64,000 nucleotides of DNA from Bdellovibrionota bacterium (GCA_050950765.1 JBMNIF010000003.1:96001-160000); one strand, 5' to 3'. Shown: positions 30,513 through 41,343, counted from the stretch's first letter. Notes: generated by a model from the sequence alone, not told the origin. Made by a program: numbers and translations.

Positions 30513-30938
30513 TTAAACTGCTACGGAAGTTGGTTCAGATTGATCCTTATTTTCTTTATCTTTACTATCTTTACTTTCCTTAGCACCCTCTTTATTGCTA
30601 GAAGCCTTACCTTTTGCACCTTTTGAAGGAGAATGAACCCTTTCAGAACCAACACTTCCACCTGGAACATCTTGTCGCCTAACAACTATCGGAGAGTCTA
30701 TAACAAGTTTTGTAGTATTATTCTCTCGTTTGTACGTAACATCAAAACCTTGTTTATCAACGACAAAATACTTCTCAAGTACTCCCATTAACTCACTCTT
30801 AAAAGCCGACATTTCAGGAGCCGTTAATCCAGTTCGATCTTGAACAAGAACAAAACTAAGCCTACTCATCGCCTGTTTGTTGCTCTTCCCTGTCGTATCA
30901 CTTCTGCCAAATAATGCTCGTCTTATTCTGTTAAACAC
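30513..30938 (-). CDS. minE: Cell division topological specificity factor MinE with a C-terminal extension
   Basis: SNKQAMSRLSFVLVQDR...FKSELMGVLEKYF; follows minD. Confidence 0.85.
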   Translation of the reverse strand: MFNRIRRALFGRSDTTGKSNKQAMSRLSFVLVQDRTGLTAPEMSAFKSELMGVLEKYFVVDKQGFDVTYKRENNTTKLVIDSPIVVRRQDVPGGSVGSERVHSPSKGAKGKASSNKEGAKESKDSKDKENKDQSEPTSVAV

Positions 30939-30957
30939 CCTGATACCCCCCTATGGA

Positions 30958-31785
30958 TTAAAGACCCATTCCAATACGACGTCCGATCCTGCCCCAGAAC
31001 CCCTGCGGTTGAATAAACTCATCAAGAGAAACCGATTCACCACATAGGCGATCTGCCATTCTATTAAAAGCAAACCCTGCACGTGATTTATTATTATACA
31101 CGACAGGCTCGCCGTTATTCGCCGCCACGATAATATTGTCATCTTTAGCGACAACTCCTAAAACGTCAATACCAAGAATTTCTTGAACGTTTTCAACGGA
31201 GAGCATATCCCCTTTTCTAACTAAGTCGAAATCCATCCGATTGATTACCAACTCAGGTTGAATGTCACGAACATTTAACAATCCGATCACACGATCGGCA
31301 TCTCTAATAGCAGAGATCTCCGGTGTTGTGACAATAATGGCTGAATTGGCACCAGCACAAGCATTCTTAAAACCCTGCTCAATACCGGCAGGAGAGTCAA
31401 TTAAGATAAAATTGAACTCTCTTGAATACTGCTGCAAAACTTTAATTATCTCCTCTTCATTAATCACACCCTTATCATCAGTTTGAGAGGCTGGTAATAG
31501 AAAAAGGTTGCTGGATTTTTTTGATTTTACGAGCGCTTGCGAAGGCTTACAAACCTCTTTAGCAACATCTACTAAATTAAAAACGATCCTGTTCTCTAAT
31601 CCCAAAATGACATCAAGGTTCCTTAGACCGATATCAGCGTCAATCACAAGAGTGCGCTTCCCCTTCATCGCCAACGCCGCTCCTAGGCTGGCAGTGGTTG
31701 TGGTCTTACCAACACCACCTTTACCAGAAGTAACAACAATCACCTCTCCTTCACCTTTTTTACCATTCCGCAGACTCATAGACAT
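30958..31785 (-). CDS. minD: Septum site-determining ATPase MinD
   Basis: VTSGKGGVGKTT, DIGLRNLDVILGLENR, DSPAGIEQGF, TTPEISAIRDADR, C-terminal amphipathic helix. Confidence 0.96.
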   Translation of the reverse strand: MSMSLRNGKKGEGEVIVVTSGKGGVGKTTTTASLGAALAMKGKRTLVIDADIGLRNLDVILGLENRIVFNLVDVAKEVCKPSQALVKSKKSSNLFLLPASQTDDKGVINEEEIIKVLQQYSREFNFILIDSPAGIEQGFKNACAGANSAIIVTTPEISAIRDADRVIGLLNVRDIQPELVINRMDFDLVRKGDMLSVENVQEILGIDVLGVVAKDDNIIVAANNGEPVVYNNKSRAGFAFNRMADRLCGESVSLDEFIQPQGFWGRIGRRIGMGL

Positions 31786-31853
31786 CCTCTTTACAGAATA
31801 AAAAAATCAATCATAAACTAAAAAACGTCTTCCAAACTCCGTCTTAAAAAAGA

Positions 31854-32768
31854 CTAAAACCTCCGCATTTTGCTTAAAGCCGTCTTGGCATGATATGGCT
31901 CAACCACTATCGTGCTACCATCAACTCTGGCAATTTCAGGGCACTTACCATTCTCCGGAGTACCTCGAGATATCACAACTCCGATACGTAACTGCGTCGG
32001 CTGCATTACAAGGGAGAAGATAAAACGTCCACCACCTGTTTCATCATACGCGCCAGCATGTGCCACGCCGCGCAACGTCCCAAGAACTATAATATCCCCT
32101 CCTGCGATCAACTCTGCACCAGAGTTAACATCACCCATTACTATTAAGGAGTGCTCGGTTTCAATCCGTTGCCCAGAACGCAACGTTGCATATATTACAC
32201 GTGCATCAGGATCATCCCATACCGAGGCAGGCGTATCAACCATATTGCTATGCAGCTCTTGAAAATCGTCGATACCTGCTTTTATTGACGGTTCTTGCAT
32301 AGATCCAAACCCCTCCATTCCGCCGAATAAACCCAGTTTATCATCATCATCGATAACCTGCATTTCTACACGCTCAAGCGATCTCTTTTTGGGGAAAGCG
32401 TTCTGAAGATAAGAAGAACTCACCACGATATCAAAATCATCAACCAACATCTTTGAAAGGGCTTCTACAACACTATCGGAAGGTTCTACCCCAACCCATT
32501 CAAAAGAGATCTCATTACCGGTAAGGAAACTTCTTCTTGATAAAACAAAATCATAAAGCGCAGCTTGAAGACTTTTAGGACTAACCCTGCCGTCCAACCT
32601 AATCACTAGCCCATCTCCCGTACCACGCGCTGTAATTATTCCACTACGCAAACTTTTCTCTTCCATTCCACCACTAATAATCTCGTCGGCAGCAGTTATA
32701 GGTTCATCTTTCACCAAATTTGGTCTTCTCGTAATCTTTACATCAGAATCCGTACCGCCATCTTTCAT
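31854..32768 (-). CDS. minC: Septum site-determining protein MinC
   Basis: TLRSGQRI, GDVNSGAELIAGGDIIVLGTLRGVAHAG, PTQLRIG, PEIA; likely start ATG at 32768. Confidence 0.9.
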   Translation of the reverse strand: MKDGGTDSDVKITRRPNLVKDEPITAADEIISGGMEEKSLRSGIITARGTGDGLVIRLDGRVSPKSLQAALYDFVLSRRSFLTGNEISFEWVGVEPSDSVVEALSKMLVDDFDIVVSSSYLQNAFPKKRSLERVEMQVIDDDDKLGLFGGMEGFGSMQEPSIKAGIDDFQELHSNMVDTPASVWDDPDARVIYATLRSGQRIETEHSLIVMGDVNSGAELIAGGDIIVLGTLRGVAHAGAYDETGGGRFIFSLVMQPTQLRIGVVISRGTPENGKCPEIARVDGSTIVVEPYHAKTALSKMRRF

Positions 32769-33129
32769 AGCCGACCACCTAAAAAAAAATCTAACTCCAC
32801 ACAAAGAGAGCCCTTCTGCAACAAAAAAGCAAAAGGCATAAAGTAAAAATAAATATCTATAAAACAATAAAAACAAAGAGTTAGAGACTCTTAACTTTAA
32901 GCAAGTTATAGCAAGAAGTTATAGCAAACTTTTAAAAGCAGAGTCAATAAATATCAGTATTAGGAGAAAAATAAAATAACTGCACTTCCTGTACACTTTA
33001 CGGAAGGGTTGCTAAAAATACGATATTTTATCTATACCTCTACTAACAATATACCAAGAAGTTCCAAGATCTGTTTTAAAGTGCAGGCGTATCGATTTTT
33101 GAACTTTAAACGTTTTAGGAGTTTAGGTT

Positions 33130-33627
33130 ATGCCGAGTTCACTTATAAAATTATTTAATGAGATCGCTTTTTTTATAGCAAGTGGCTTTTATAGTGGCAA
33201 AACACCTAAATCTCCAGGCACAGCAGGTTCCCTACTTTGTATCGTTATCTGGTTTCTTAATCGAGATTTTTTAAAGTTAGATGAGTTAACTCTAATTATC
33301 GGTACTATCTTACTAGGACTCCTAACAAGTCAGATCTCTCTTCATAACCTTAGAAAAAAAGATCTCACAACTACTGACCCACAAACAATCGTTATTGACG
33401 AATGGGCAGGGATGCTAATTGCGCTTTATGCTATTCCAACACCAACTATCTTTTGGGTAATAACTGCTTTTATATTATTTCGCTTCTTCGATATCCTCAA
33501 ACTGGGACCCATCAGGTGGTCAGAGAAACTTCCTGATAGCATCGGCATTATGGCAGATGATATCGTAGCAGGACTTTTTTCGGCTCTAACAATTTTGTTA
33601 CTTAAATATATTCTTAACTTTCTTTAA
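33130..33627 (+). CDS. pgpA: Phosphatidylglycerophosphatase A
   Basis: SPGTAGS, DPQTIVIDEWAG, FRFFDILK, GIMADDIVAG. Confidence 0.93.
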   Translation: MPSSLIKLFNEIAFFIASGFYSGKTPKSPGTAGSLLCIVIWFLNRDFLKLDELTLIIGTILLGLLTSQISLHNLRKKDLTTTDPQTIVIDEWAGMLIALYAIPTPTIFWVITAFILFRFFDILKLGPIRWSEKLPDSIGIMADDIVAGLFSALTILLLKYILNFL

Positions 33628-33709
33628 TTTTACAAAACGGTTTTTTAAATGTCTTTAAAAGATAGACACCTTTTCATTGCAGCATTAAGAATAAGAAAAG
33701 AGTTTAGAT

Positions 33710-34855
33710 ATGAGATTTAACAACACCGTACTTATAAAATCACTCCTTTTTACCCTTCTATTTTGCAACGGCTGCAATCCGTTTTATGTAACACGCGCCG
33801 CTTATGAAGAGATTAAGATTTTAAATAGAAGAGAGTCTATTTCAGAGATAATCAAAAAAAAATCTCTTCCCCCAGATCAACTTGCTAAGTTGGAATTAAT
33901 TCTTTCAGCTAGAGAATACGCTATACAGATAGGGTTAAAACCTAAAGATACCTTCACTCAATATGCTGAGATTACCAATACCCCTCTAGTTTGGATCGTA
34001 TCTGCTTCAGAAGCTGATTCTTTTACACCCTACACTTGGTGGTTTCCGATAGTAGGCAGCGTCCCTTATAAAGGGTATTTTTCAAAAAATGACGCCTTAG
34101 ATCTTGCAGCAAAATTACGATCAGACGGCTACGAAACTTACATCAGAGGGGCTGACGCCTTTAGCACGCTAGGTTGGTTTAATGATCCTGTTTTATCTTC
34201 AATATTAAAAGGAGATGATGCTCAAATCGTCAGTACTGTAATTCATGAAATTGTTCACACCACCCTTTGGTTTCCGAACTTAGTAACCTTAAATGAAAGT
34301 ATGGCACACTTTATCGGGCTTAAAGAAAGTATAAACTTTTTTGATATCCAACTATTAAACTGTAAAAACTGTTCAGAAGAAAAACTATCACACTTAAAAC
34401 AGGCAAAAAAGATGGCAGAAACACGTTTTAGTCATAACCTTATTATCAGTGAAGTTGTGATGGATCTGTATGAGAACTTAAACAAGCTCTATAAAAGCTC
34501 TCTTTCAAAAGAAGAAAAATTAAAACAACGTCAAGATCTCTTTTCTGTCGAGAGTAATTCACTACGAGATAAGATGCCTAATTTAAGAATCTTAAATAAG
34601 ATCAACAACGCCGAGATTATGCACCTTAAATTATACTTAACTAACCTAATCGGATTTAAACGTTTATACGATTATTCGGATCAAAATATAGTTACTTTTT
34701 TACAAAAGGTTGAAAATTTATTAAAAAAAGCTAGAAAATCTTCCAGTGCTGAAAGTCTAGAAGATCGTTTTTTTAAGGAATTATCAGATCTGGTTAGAAC
34801 GACACCTTTAAGACCTGATGCACCTGATCTTAAAATATGTAAAAATGCTCTATGA
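33710..34855 (+). CDS. Putative zinc aminopeptidase lipoprotein (DUF2265/Aminopep-like)
   Basis: Lipobox-like CNGC; WWFPIVGSVPYKGYF, AFSTLGWFNDP, HEIVH...NES. Confidence 0.85.
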   Translation: MRFNNTVLIKSLLFTLLFCNGCNPFYVTRAAYEEIKILNRRESISEIIKKKSLPPDQLAKLELILSAREYAIQIGLKPKDTFTQYAEITNTPLVWIVSASEADSFTPYTWWFPIVGSVPYKGYFSKNDALDLAAKLRSDGYETYIRGADAFSTLGWFNDPVLSSILKGDDAQIVSTVIHEIVHTTLWFPNLVTLNESMAHFIGLKESINFFDIQLLNCKNCSEEKLSHLKQAKKMAETRFSHNLIISEVVMDLYENLNKLYKSSLSKEEKLKQRQDLFSVESNSLRDKMPNLRILNKINNAEIMHLKLYLTNLIGFKRLYDYSDQNIVTFLQKVENLLKKARKSSSAESLEDRFFKELSDLVRTTPLRPDAPDLKICKNAL

Positions 34856-34891
34856 TGACTATTAAATTTACTTTACTAAAAAATAATATCG

Positions 34892-35827
34892 ATGGAGGGA
34901 GAGATGAAATTTGCTGATAGACTACAAGCTTCAATTGAGAAGAACAGCAGTTGTTTGTGTGCGGGTTTCGATCCGCGCTTGGATACCTTCCCGCTCTGTA
35001 TTCTAAAAGACGCTGAAAAACAGAAGACAACGGAAGATAGCATCTATCAAGCATTAACTGATTTTCATGCTTTGGCACTCTCAGCTTGTGCAGACAGAAT
35101 CGCTTGTGTAAAGCCGAATATCGCTTTCTTTGAATGCTTAGGCTTAGCAGGCTTGCGTGCACTACAAAGTATTATCGCCATGATTAAAGAGTATAAACTC
35201 CCCGTTATTCTTGATGGTAAACGTGGAGATATCGGTTCAACCGCCACAGCTTATAGCAGTGCATTTCTCGGCAAAAGTACAGCTTTCGGTAAAGAGATCG
35301 AGTTTTTAAACGCCGATGCCTTAACGATCAATCCCTTTTTAGGATTCGATACCTTACAACCATTTTTAGATGATTGCTGCCAATACGACAAAGGTTTGTT
35401 TGTTTTAGTAAAAACATCCAATCCTGGATCAAGCGCCATTCAAGATTTAACGTGCTCCGGCACGACAGTCAGTGAAAAGATCGCAGAATGGCTCAATTCA
35501 AAAGGTGAAGATCTAATGGGATCTTGTGGATATTCTGGATTAGGTGCCGTAGTTGGTGCCACCTACCCTGAACAAGCGAAAGCTTTACGCTCAAAAATGC
35601 CCGATAACTTCTTCTTGATTCCAGGTCTTAGCACTCAAGGAGCAGGAGCTGCTGATGCTTGTGCAGGTTTTTCTACTAAAACACCACGCGGTGCAGCTAT
35701 CACCAATGTCTCACGAGGACTTTTAGGTAAGTTCTCACCAGATATCTCCAGAGAAGATTTAAAAATAGAGATTCAAAACAGAGCTGATAATCTCAATCGA
35801 TCATTGAAAGAAGCTCTGCAAGGATAG
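34892..35827 (+). CDS. pyrF: Orotidine-5'-phosphate decarboxylase (subfamily 2)
   Basis: LCAGFDP, KPNIAFFE, DGKRGDIGST, VKTSNPGS, GAVVGATYP, LIPG...QG, NVSR. Confidence 0.95.
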   Translation: MEGEMKFADRLQASIEKNSSCLCAGFDPRLDTFPLCILKDAEKQKTTEDSIYQALTDFHALALSACADRIACVKPNIAFFECLGLAGLRALQSIIAMIKEYKLPVILDGKRGDIGSTATAYSSAFLGKSTAFGKEIEFLNADALTINPFLGFDTLQPFLDDCCQYDKGLFVLVKTSNPGSSAIQDLTCSGTTVSEKIAEWLNSKGEDLMGSCGYSGLGAVVGATYPEQAKALRSKMPDNFFLIPGLSTQGAGAADACAGFSTKTPRGAAITNVSRGLLGKFSPDISREDLKIEIQNRADNLNRSLKEALQG

Positions 35828-35835
35828 GGAGTATA

Positions 35836-37881
35836 GTGGAAGGAAGTATAAATAACGGTAATATTGTTACTTATGAACAACAGGGGCAAATTTTACTCGG
35901 TGTTGTTTTACAAAACAAAGGTAAAAAGCACCTTATTCTAAACGAAAAAGGGAGCGAGTTAGATCTAGCAGAAGATCGCTTGCATAAACTTCCAAGCAAT
36001 ATCCCCTCTGATAGATCCACAAAAGAAGCGCAGATCGATTTTTTAGCAACTTTACGTGCTCAAGCTTTAGAAGAGCTTGAGAAGCTCAACTTGGAAGATA
36101 TCTGGATCTTCACAGTTGATGAGGAGGGGGAATTTACTAACTCCACCCTCTCGCAACTGTACTACGGCGACGATTCTCTCTTGCATCACCTTGTCATCAG
36201 GATCTCGTTATTATCCGACACCATCTATTTTAAACGTAAAAAAGATTCTTTTCTGCCACGTTCAGCAGAAGTTATCGAGGAGTTAAAGCGGGCTAAGGAC
36301 GCACAAATTCAGAAGCGACAAAGACAGGAACGAACGATCTCAGCTTTCGTCACTTCTTTAAAAGATAACTCAACCCAACTTCCAGATTATGTTGAATCAG
36401 ATCTGGATCTTTTAAAAAACTTAGCAGCTTCAACTGATACGGAAGGATCTGGCAAAGTGAATGAAGCTCGTCAATTCTTAGCCACCTGCTTAGATCTGCT
36501 AAAACTAACGATACAAGGTCCCCCTCCGGAGCAAGCTTTTAAGTTGCTTAAGAAGTTAGGCATCTTTGATAAAAATACGAATCTCTCTCTTATCCGTCAC
36601 GGTATAAAAACAGACTTCTCTCCAGATCTAGTAAGTGCTGCCGAAGACCTTCTTCATCCTGAATCTCTCTCAGATTATCCTGATGCAGCACACCGCTTGG
36701 ATCTAACTAATCTTAACACCTTTACTATTGACGATGCTACAACACAGGATATGGATGATGCCTTAAGCATTGAACGCATTCAAGGCGGATATCAACTTGG
36801 CGTGCATATCAGTGATGTTGCATCACTCCTTCACTTTGATACTCCTTTAGATAAAGAAGCGTGTTCACGTGCAACTTCTTTCTATTTTCCATCTGGACAA
36901 ATTCCGATGTTACCCGCAAAACTCTCCCACGATACTTGTAGCTTAATAGTTGGAAGAGATAGACCGTGCTTAAGTTGTCTCTTTGAACTTGATGAAGCTT
37001 TTAATATTAAAGAAGCGCGTGTAGTTCCATCTATTATCAACGTCAAACATAGATACAGCTACGAAGAGGTTGATACGCTCCTAGAAGATGGTGCTGAAGA
37101 TCTAAATATGCTCTATCAAGCAACGGTTAGTAACGAAACAAAACGTTTTAAAAATGGTGGTTTTAAGGTCAATAAGCGGGAGGTTTATGTTGAGCTCTTA
37201 GATGACGGTATTATCAAATTGATAGAGGTTGATGAAAATGCCACTTCACGCGCCATAGTTGGAGAGAGTGCAATTATGGCTAATGAAGCTATGGCGAACT
37301 TTGCTGCCGCAAATAACATCGCCGTTGCATATAGAGGTCAACCAGCTCCTGATGATGATCAGATCAGTAGCGAAAACCTTCCTGAAGGAGCAGCTAAAGA
37401 CTACGCAGCACGTGCTCAATTAAAACCCTCAACCCTCTCTTTTGAACCAGCCTCACACCACACCTTAGGTATCTCTGCATACATCCAAGCTACTTCACCG
37501 ATTCGGCGTTACATAGATCTGTGTAATCAACGCCAAATCCTATCATTTATCAGAGATGGTAAGCCTCAATTTTCAAAAGAAGAGTTCAAAGATGTCATCG
37601 CCAATAGTGAAAATGCTCGTTCAACTGCTATGACACTAACTAAAGAAACAAAACGTTTCTGGCTTTTGAGGTATCTACAACAACGCTCCAAGCAAGATCC
37701 TTCTATTAAAGCTACGGTTTTAAGATGCGATCGGAAATTGCCACTAATAGAGCTGGATGAGGTTTTTATGCCGACAGTTACTCGTATTAATAAAAATACA
37801 ACTCCTGGAGATATACTAAAGTTAAAAATAATCCGCGTTGATCCACAATTTGATGATTTAAAATTAGAGGTTGTAGAGTAA
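35836..37881 (+). CDS. RNB-domain exoribonuclease (RNase II/R family)
   Basis: FTIDDATTQDMDDALS, VHISDV, RATSFY, PMLP, ATSPIRRYIDL. Confidence 0.92.
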   Translation: MEGSINNGNIVTYEQQGQILLGVVLQNKGKKHLILNEKGSELDLAEDRLHKLPSNIPSDRSTKEAQIDFLATLRAQALEELEKLNLEDIWIFTVDEEGEFTNSTLSQLYYGDDSLLHHLVIRISLLSDTIYFKRKKDSFLPRSAEVIEELKRAKDAQIQKRQRQERTISAFVTSLKDNSTQLPDYVESDLDLLKNLAASTDTEGSGKVNEARQFLATCLDLLKLTIQGPPPEQAFKLLKKLGIFDKNTNLSLIRHGIKTDFSPDLVSAAEDLLHPESLSDYPDAAHRLDLTNLNTFTIDDATTQDMDDALSIERIQGGYQLGVHISDVASLLHFDTPLDKEACSRATSFYFPSGQIPMLPAKLSHDTCSLIVGRDRPCLSCLFELDEAFNIKEARVVPSIINVKHRYSYEEVDTLLEDGAEDLNMLYQATVSNETKRFKNGGFKVNKREVYVELLDDGIIKLIEVDENATSRAIVGESAIMANEAMANFAAANNIAVAYRGQPAPDDDQISSENLPEGAAKDYAARAQLKPSTLSFEPASHHTLGISAYIQATSPIRRYIDLCNQRQILSFIRDGKPQFSKEEFKDVIANSENARSTAMTLTKETKRFWLLRYLQQRSKQDPSIKATVLRCDRKLPLIELDEVFMPTVTRINKNTTPGDILKLKIIRVDPQFDDLKLEVVE

Positions 37882-37954
37882 TTAGTCCAATAAAAACACA
37901 GCAAAAATGGGCGGTTTGAGTAGCGCTGCTTAAAAAGCCTATAAAAAAACCTCT

Positions 37955-38138
37955 ATCTGAATCGCTCAATCCTTCAAGCCGCGTTTTTACCCTAGGATAT
38001 CTAAAAGCCTCTGCGTTCCGTGACACGGAGCAGATCTGAATTGATTAATCCTTCAAGCCGCGTTTTTACCCTAGGATATCTAAAAGCCTCTGCATTCCGT
38101 GACACGGAGCAGATCTGAATCGATCAATCCTTTAAGCC
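37955..38138. repeat. 79-bp tandem repeat, about 2.3 copies (family 2)
   Basis: AATCC anchor at 37968, 38047 and 38126; unit AATCCTTCAAGCCGCGTTTTTACCCTAGGATATCTAAAAGCCTCTGCRTTCCGTGACACGGAGCAGATCTGAATYGATY. Confidence 0.92.
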
Positions 38139-38162
38139 ACCTTGCGCTCTCCAAAAATAGAC

Positions 38163-38195
38163 AGGGTGGTGCTAATCAAAGATCAACACCACCCT
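38163..38195 (-). terminator. Hairpin downstream of the Pro/Tyr-rich gene
   Basis: AGGGTGGTG...CACCACCCT. Confidence 0.55.
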
Positions 38196-38213
38196 CTATC
38201 TCTAGCTAGCGAG

Positions 38214-38672
38214 CTATTTCGGGAGCTTCATCGGACGTCCACCAGGGGGTAGCCTCGGAGGCTGCGGCGGTGGAGGATTCCGCGGAGCTTCATACCGATA
38301 CTGCTGCTGCCTTGGAGGCGGCTGATAATTATCCCGATACTGCGGCTGCCTTGGAGGCGGCGGTGGATAATATTGTGGTGGCGGGTAATAATAATACTGC
38401 GGCGGCGGATAGTACCTCGGAGGTTCATACCGATAACGCGGCTGCTGATAGTATCGGTATCGGTTATCGTTGTAGAAACGACCGTTGTAACTGAAATACG
38501 GGTTGTCGCCCAGCCTCATAGTAACACGACCGTTCCTATCACCCCCCGAAATCGTAACTCCTCCCCTTCCGATGGAAAAAGAGAAGTTATCTGCCTTCGC
38601 CATATTAGCACTCGCTAAAAGGATTGCGAACGCAAATACGACAACGCGCACAAGTTGAAAAAAACGATTCAT
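38214..38672 (-). CDS. Secreted Tyr/Pro/Gln-rich low-complexity protein
   Basis: Signal peptide ending ANMAKA; GGAG RBS; repeats such as YYPPPQ and RYEPPR. Confidence 0.75.
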   Translation of the reverse strand: MNRFFQLVRVVVFAFAILLASANMAKADNFSFSIGRGGVTISGGDRNGRVTMRLGDNPYFSYNGRFYNDNRYRYYQQPRYRYEPPRYYPPPQYYYYPPPQYYPPPPPRQPQYRDNYQPPPRQQQYRYEAPRNPPPPQPPRLPPGGRPMKLPK

Positions 38673-38935
38673 CGTTTTCTCCTTGTGTCATAGACACTGT
38701 TAAGGGTTTATGAAATGAAAAAACGCTATTTTAAGCGCTACTCAGACCAGATTGTAGAAAGAACGGGTAATGATAAAAACTTTACCATAACTACATATTA
38801 TAACACGTTATACCTATTTATCGGAAAAGTAATTTTCCCACCATTAAAAAATCACCAGCACACCATTTTTCGAACTTTTAAGCCGATTTTTTTTAAATAT
38901 TTTCTGATAAATATCAGAGAGTTAATTTCAAACCC

Positions 38936-38964
38936 TTGCGCCCAAGTGACTCTCTAAGTATGCT
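38936..38964 (+). promoter_or_regulatory. Candidate sigma70 promoter of the acyl-CoA ligase gene
   Basis: TTGCGC-N17-TATGCT. Confidence 0.4.
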
Positions 38965-39108
38965 CTCCCTCGGAGTAGAATGACTGTTCCAGTCTGGGTC
39001 AATATTTTTTATACCCCTCTCCCTGAAAACGTGTTTCTGAAGGGAACTATTAGGTAAGAAACACTGCTTTTCTGACCACTTACTAAAATAAAATCACAAG
39101 GATATATC

Positions 39109-41322
39109 ATGTCAGAAGATACAAAATCATGTTGCGCTTGTAGTGCAAAGAAAAATAGTTCGCTAGATCCTATCTTTAATCCTAAAAGTGTTGCTGTTAT
39201 CGGAGCGACAGAGAGAGAAAAAAGTTTAGGACGAACAATCTTATGGAATCTTATCAGCAATCCATTTGGCGGAACAGTTTATCCGATCAACCCTAAACGC
39301 CAACAAGTACTAGGCATCCGTGCTTATCCCTCCGTAAAAGACGTTCCGGAAGAGTTAGATCTCGCCGTAGTTTGCACCGCTGCAAAGGTAGTTCCTGGCT
39401 TGGTGCAGGAGTGCGTAGAAGCTAAAGTCAAAGGGTTAATTATCCTCTCTGCAGGGTTTAAAGAGATGGGACCAGAAGGTGCTGCTGCAGAACAAAAAAT
39501 ATTAGATACAGTAAAAGGAACCGGTATTAGAATCATCGGGCCGAACTGCCTCGGTGTAATGAATCCTGTTCACGGTTTGAATGCCGCCTTCGGTGGTAAT
39601 ATGGCTCGTAAAGGAAAGGTAGCTTTTATTAGCCAAAGTGGTGCTCTCTGTGCTGCTATCTTGGACTGGGCAGAATCAGTAAAAGTCGGTTTTAGCGCCT
39701 TTGTCTCCATCGGATCTATGGCTGATGTGGATTGGGGTGATCTGATCCGTTACTTAGGTGATGATCCAAACACTAACTCTATCGTGATCTATATGGAGAG
39801 TATCGGAAATGCTGCTTCATTCCTATCCGCAGCAAAAGAAGTTGCTCCAAAGAAACCGATCTTCGTTATTAAAGCAGGTAGAACTGCTGCTGCTGCTAAA
39901 GCCGCTGCCTCTCATACAGGCTCCTTAACCGGCTCTGATGATGTACTTGATGCTGCTTTTAAGAGTGTTGGTGTTGTTAGGGTTGATGAAATTAACGACC
40001 TCTTTTCAATAATTGAAGCTCTTGGCAAGCAACCCCTTCCAAAGGGCAACCGCTTAACTATTTTGACCAATGCTGGCGGTCCAGGGGTATTGTCAACAGA
40101 TGCCCTCTCTCAAGGTGGCGGACAACTTGCCGAGATCAGTCCAGAGACTTTTGAGGCTATCAACAACATCCTTCCTCCGCATTGGAGTAGAAACAATCCT
40201 ATTGACGTGCTTGGTGATGCGGAACCAGATCGTTACGCCAACACCTTACAGGTCGCTTCAAAGGATGATAACACTGACGGTTTGTTAGTTATTTTAACAC
40301 CCCAAGATATGACAGACGCTAAAGGGACGGCAGAGGCACTAGCTCCATATGCAAACTCTTTAGGCAAACCTGTTTTTGCTAGTTGGATGGGTGGTAACGC
40401 CGTTCAAGCAGGACGTGATATCTTAATTAATGCCGGTATTCCTGAGTTTGAAAATCCTGATTCAGCGGCAAAAACCTTTAACTACTGCTGGAAGTATGGT
40501 GCCAATATTAAGAAGTTGTATGAGAATAATGACTCTTGTAACGGCTGCTGTGATAAAGCAATAGCAGAATCCCATACAAAGGCAGAAGCTATCCTTAACG
40601 TTGCTCGCTCTGAAGGTAGAAGCCTTTTAAATGAGTACGAGTCAAAGAAGCTTTTGCAAGCTTACAACATTCATACTGTCCGCACGGAAGTTGCTACAAC
40701 ACGTGATGATGCTATGAAGTTAGCTGCTGAGATAGGCTTCCCTGTTGTGGTTAAATTACACTCCAACACCATTACTCACAAAACTGATGTGGGGGGCGTT
40801 AAATTAAATCTTGCAGATGCAGAAGCCGTCGGTCGTGCTTTTGATGAGATCAAAGAGAGCGTCTCCAATAAACATTCAGTTGAAGACTTCTTGGGCGTAA
40901 CAGTTCAAGAGATGGTTAAGATGGATGGTTATGAGTTAATACTCGGCTCTTCCATCGATAGCCAGTTTGGACCTGTTATGTTGTTCGGTACCGGTGGATC
41001 TTTAGTTGAAGTATTCAAAGATAGAGCCTTAACGTTACCTCCGTTAACAATTAATAGAGCTAGACTCTTAATGCAGGAAACAAAGATCTACAAAGCATTA
41101 CAAGGTGTACGGGGACGCAAGTCAGTTGATATGGCAGCACTGGAGAAGCTTTTAATCAACTTTGCCGAGTTAATCTCAACCGAGAGATGGATTTCAGAGC
41201 TTGATATCAATCCGTTACTTATCTCGGAAACTCAGATGGTGGCACTTGACGCTCGTGTAGTGTTGCACGATCCGAAAACGCCGGAAGATAACCTTCCGAT
41301 CCCTGCCTTACGTCAAAAATAA
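39109..41322 (+). CDS. ADP-forming acetate/acyl-CoA ligase (fused alpha+beta, no GNAT domain)
   Basis: [30 protein letters not shown] (phospho-His), [19 protein letters not shown]-grasp HKTDVGGV...ELDINPL...ALDARV. Confidence 0.92.
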   Translation: MSEDTKSCCACSAKKNSSLDPIFNPKSVAVIGATEREKSLGRTILWNLISNPFGGTVYPINPKRQQVLGIRAYPSVKDVPEELDLAVVCTAAKVVPGLVQECVEAKVKGLIILSAGFKEMGPEGAAAEQKILDTVKGTGIRIIGPNCLGVMNPVHGLNAAFGGNMARKGKVAFISQSGALCAAILDWAESVKVGFSAFVSIGSMADVDWGDLIRYLGDDPNTNSIVIYMESIGNAASFLSAAKEVAPKKPIFVIKAGRTAAAAKAAASHTGSLTGSDDVLDAAFKSVGVVRVDEINDLFSIIEALGKQPLPKGNRLTILTNAGGPGVLSTDALSQGGGQLAEISPETFEAINNILPPHWSRNNPIDVLGDAEPDRYANTLQVASKDDNTDGLLVILTPQDMTDAKGTAEALAPYANSLGKPVFASWMGGNAVQAGRDILINAGIPEFENPDSAAKTFNYCWKYGANIKKLYENNDSCNGCCDKAIAESHTKAEAILNVARSEGRSLLNEYESKKLLQAYNIHTVRTEVATTRDDAMKLAAEIGFPVVVKLHSNTITHKTDVGGVKLNLADAEAVGRAFDEIKESVSNKHSVEDFLGVTVQEMVKMDGYELILGSSIDSQFGPVMLFGTGGSLVEVFKDRALTLPPLTINRARLLMQETKIYKALQGVRGRKSVDMAALEKLLINFAELISTERWISELDINPLLISETQMVALDARVVLHDPKTPEDNLPIPALRQK

Positions 41323-41343
41323 CTTTTTTGATATAACTTAAAG

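Noticed and set aside
38228..38618. Several short overlapping ORFs
   Set aside because: Shadow frames of the GC-rich Pro/Tyr-rich gene; other short antisense ORFs inside long genes across the track were dismissed for the same reason.
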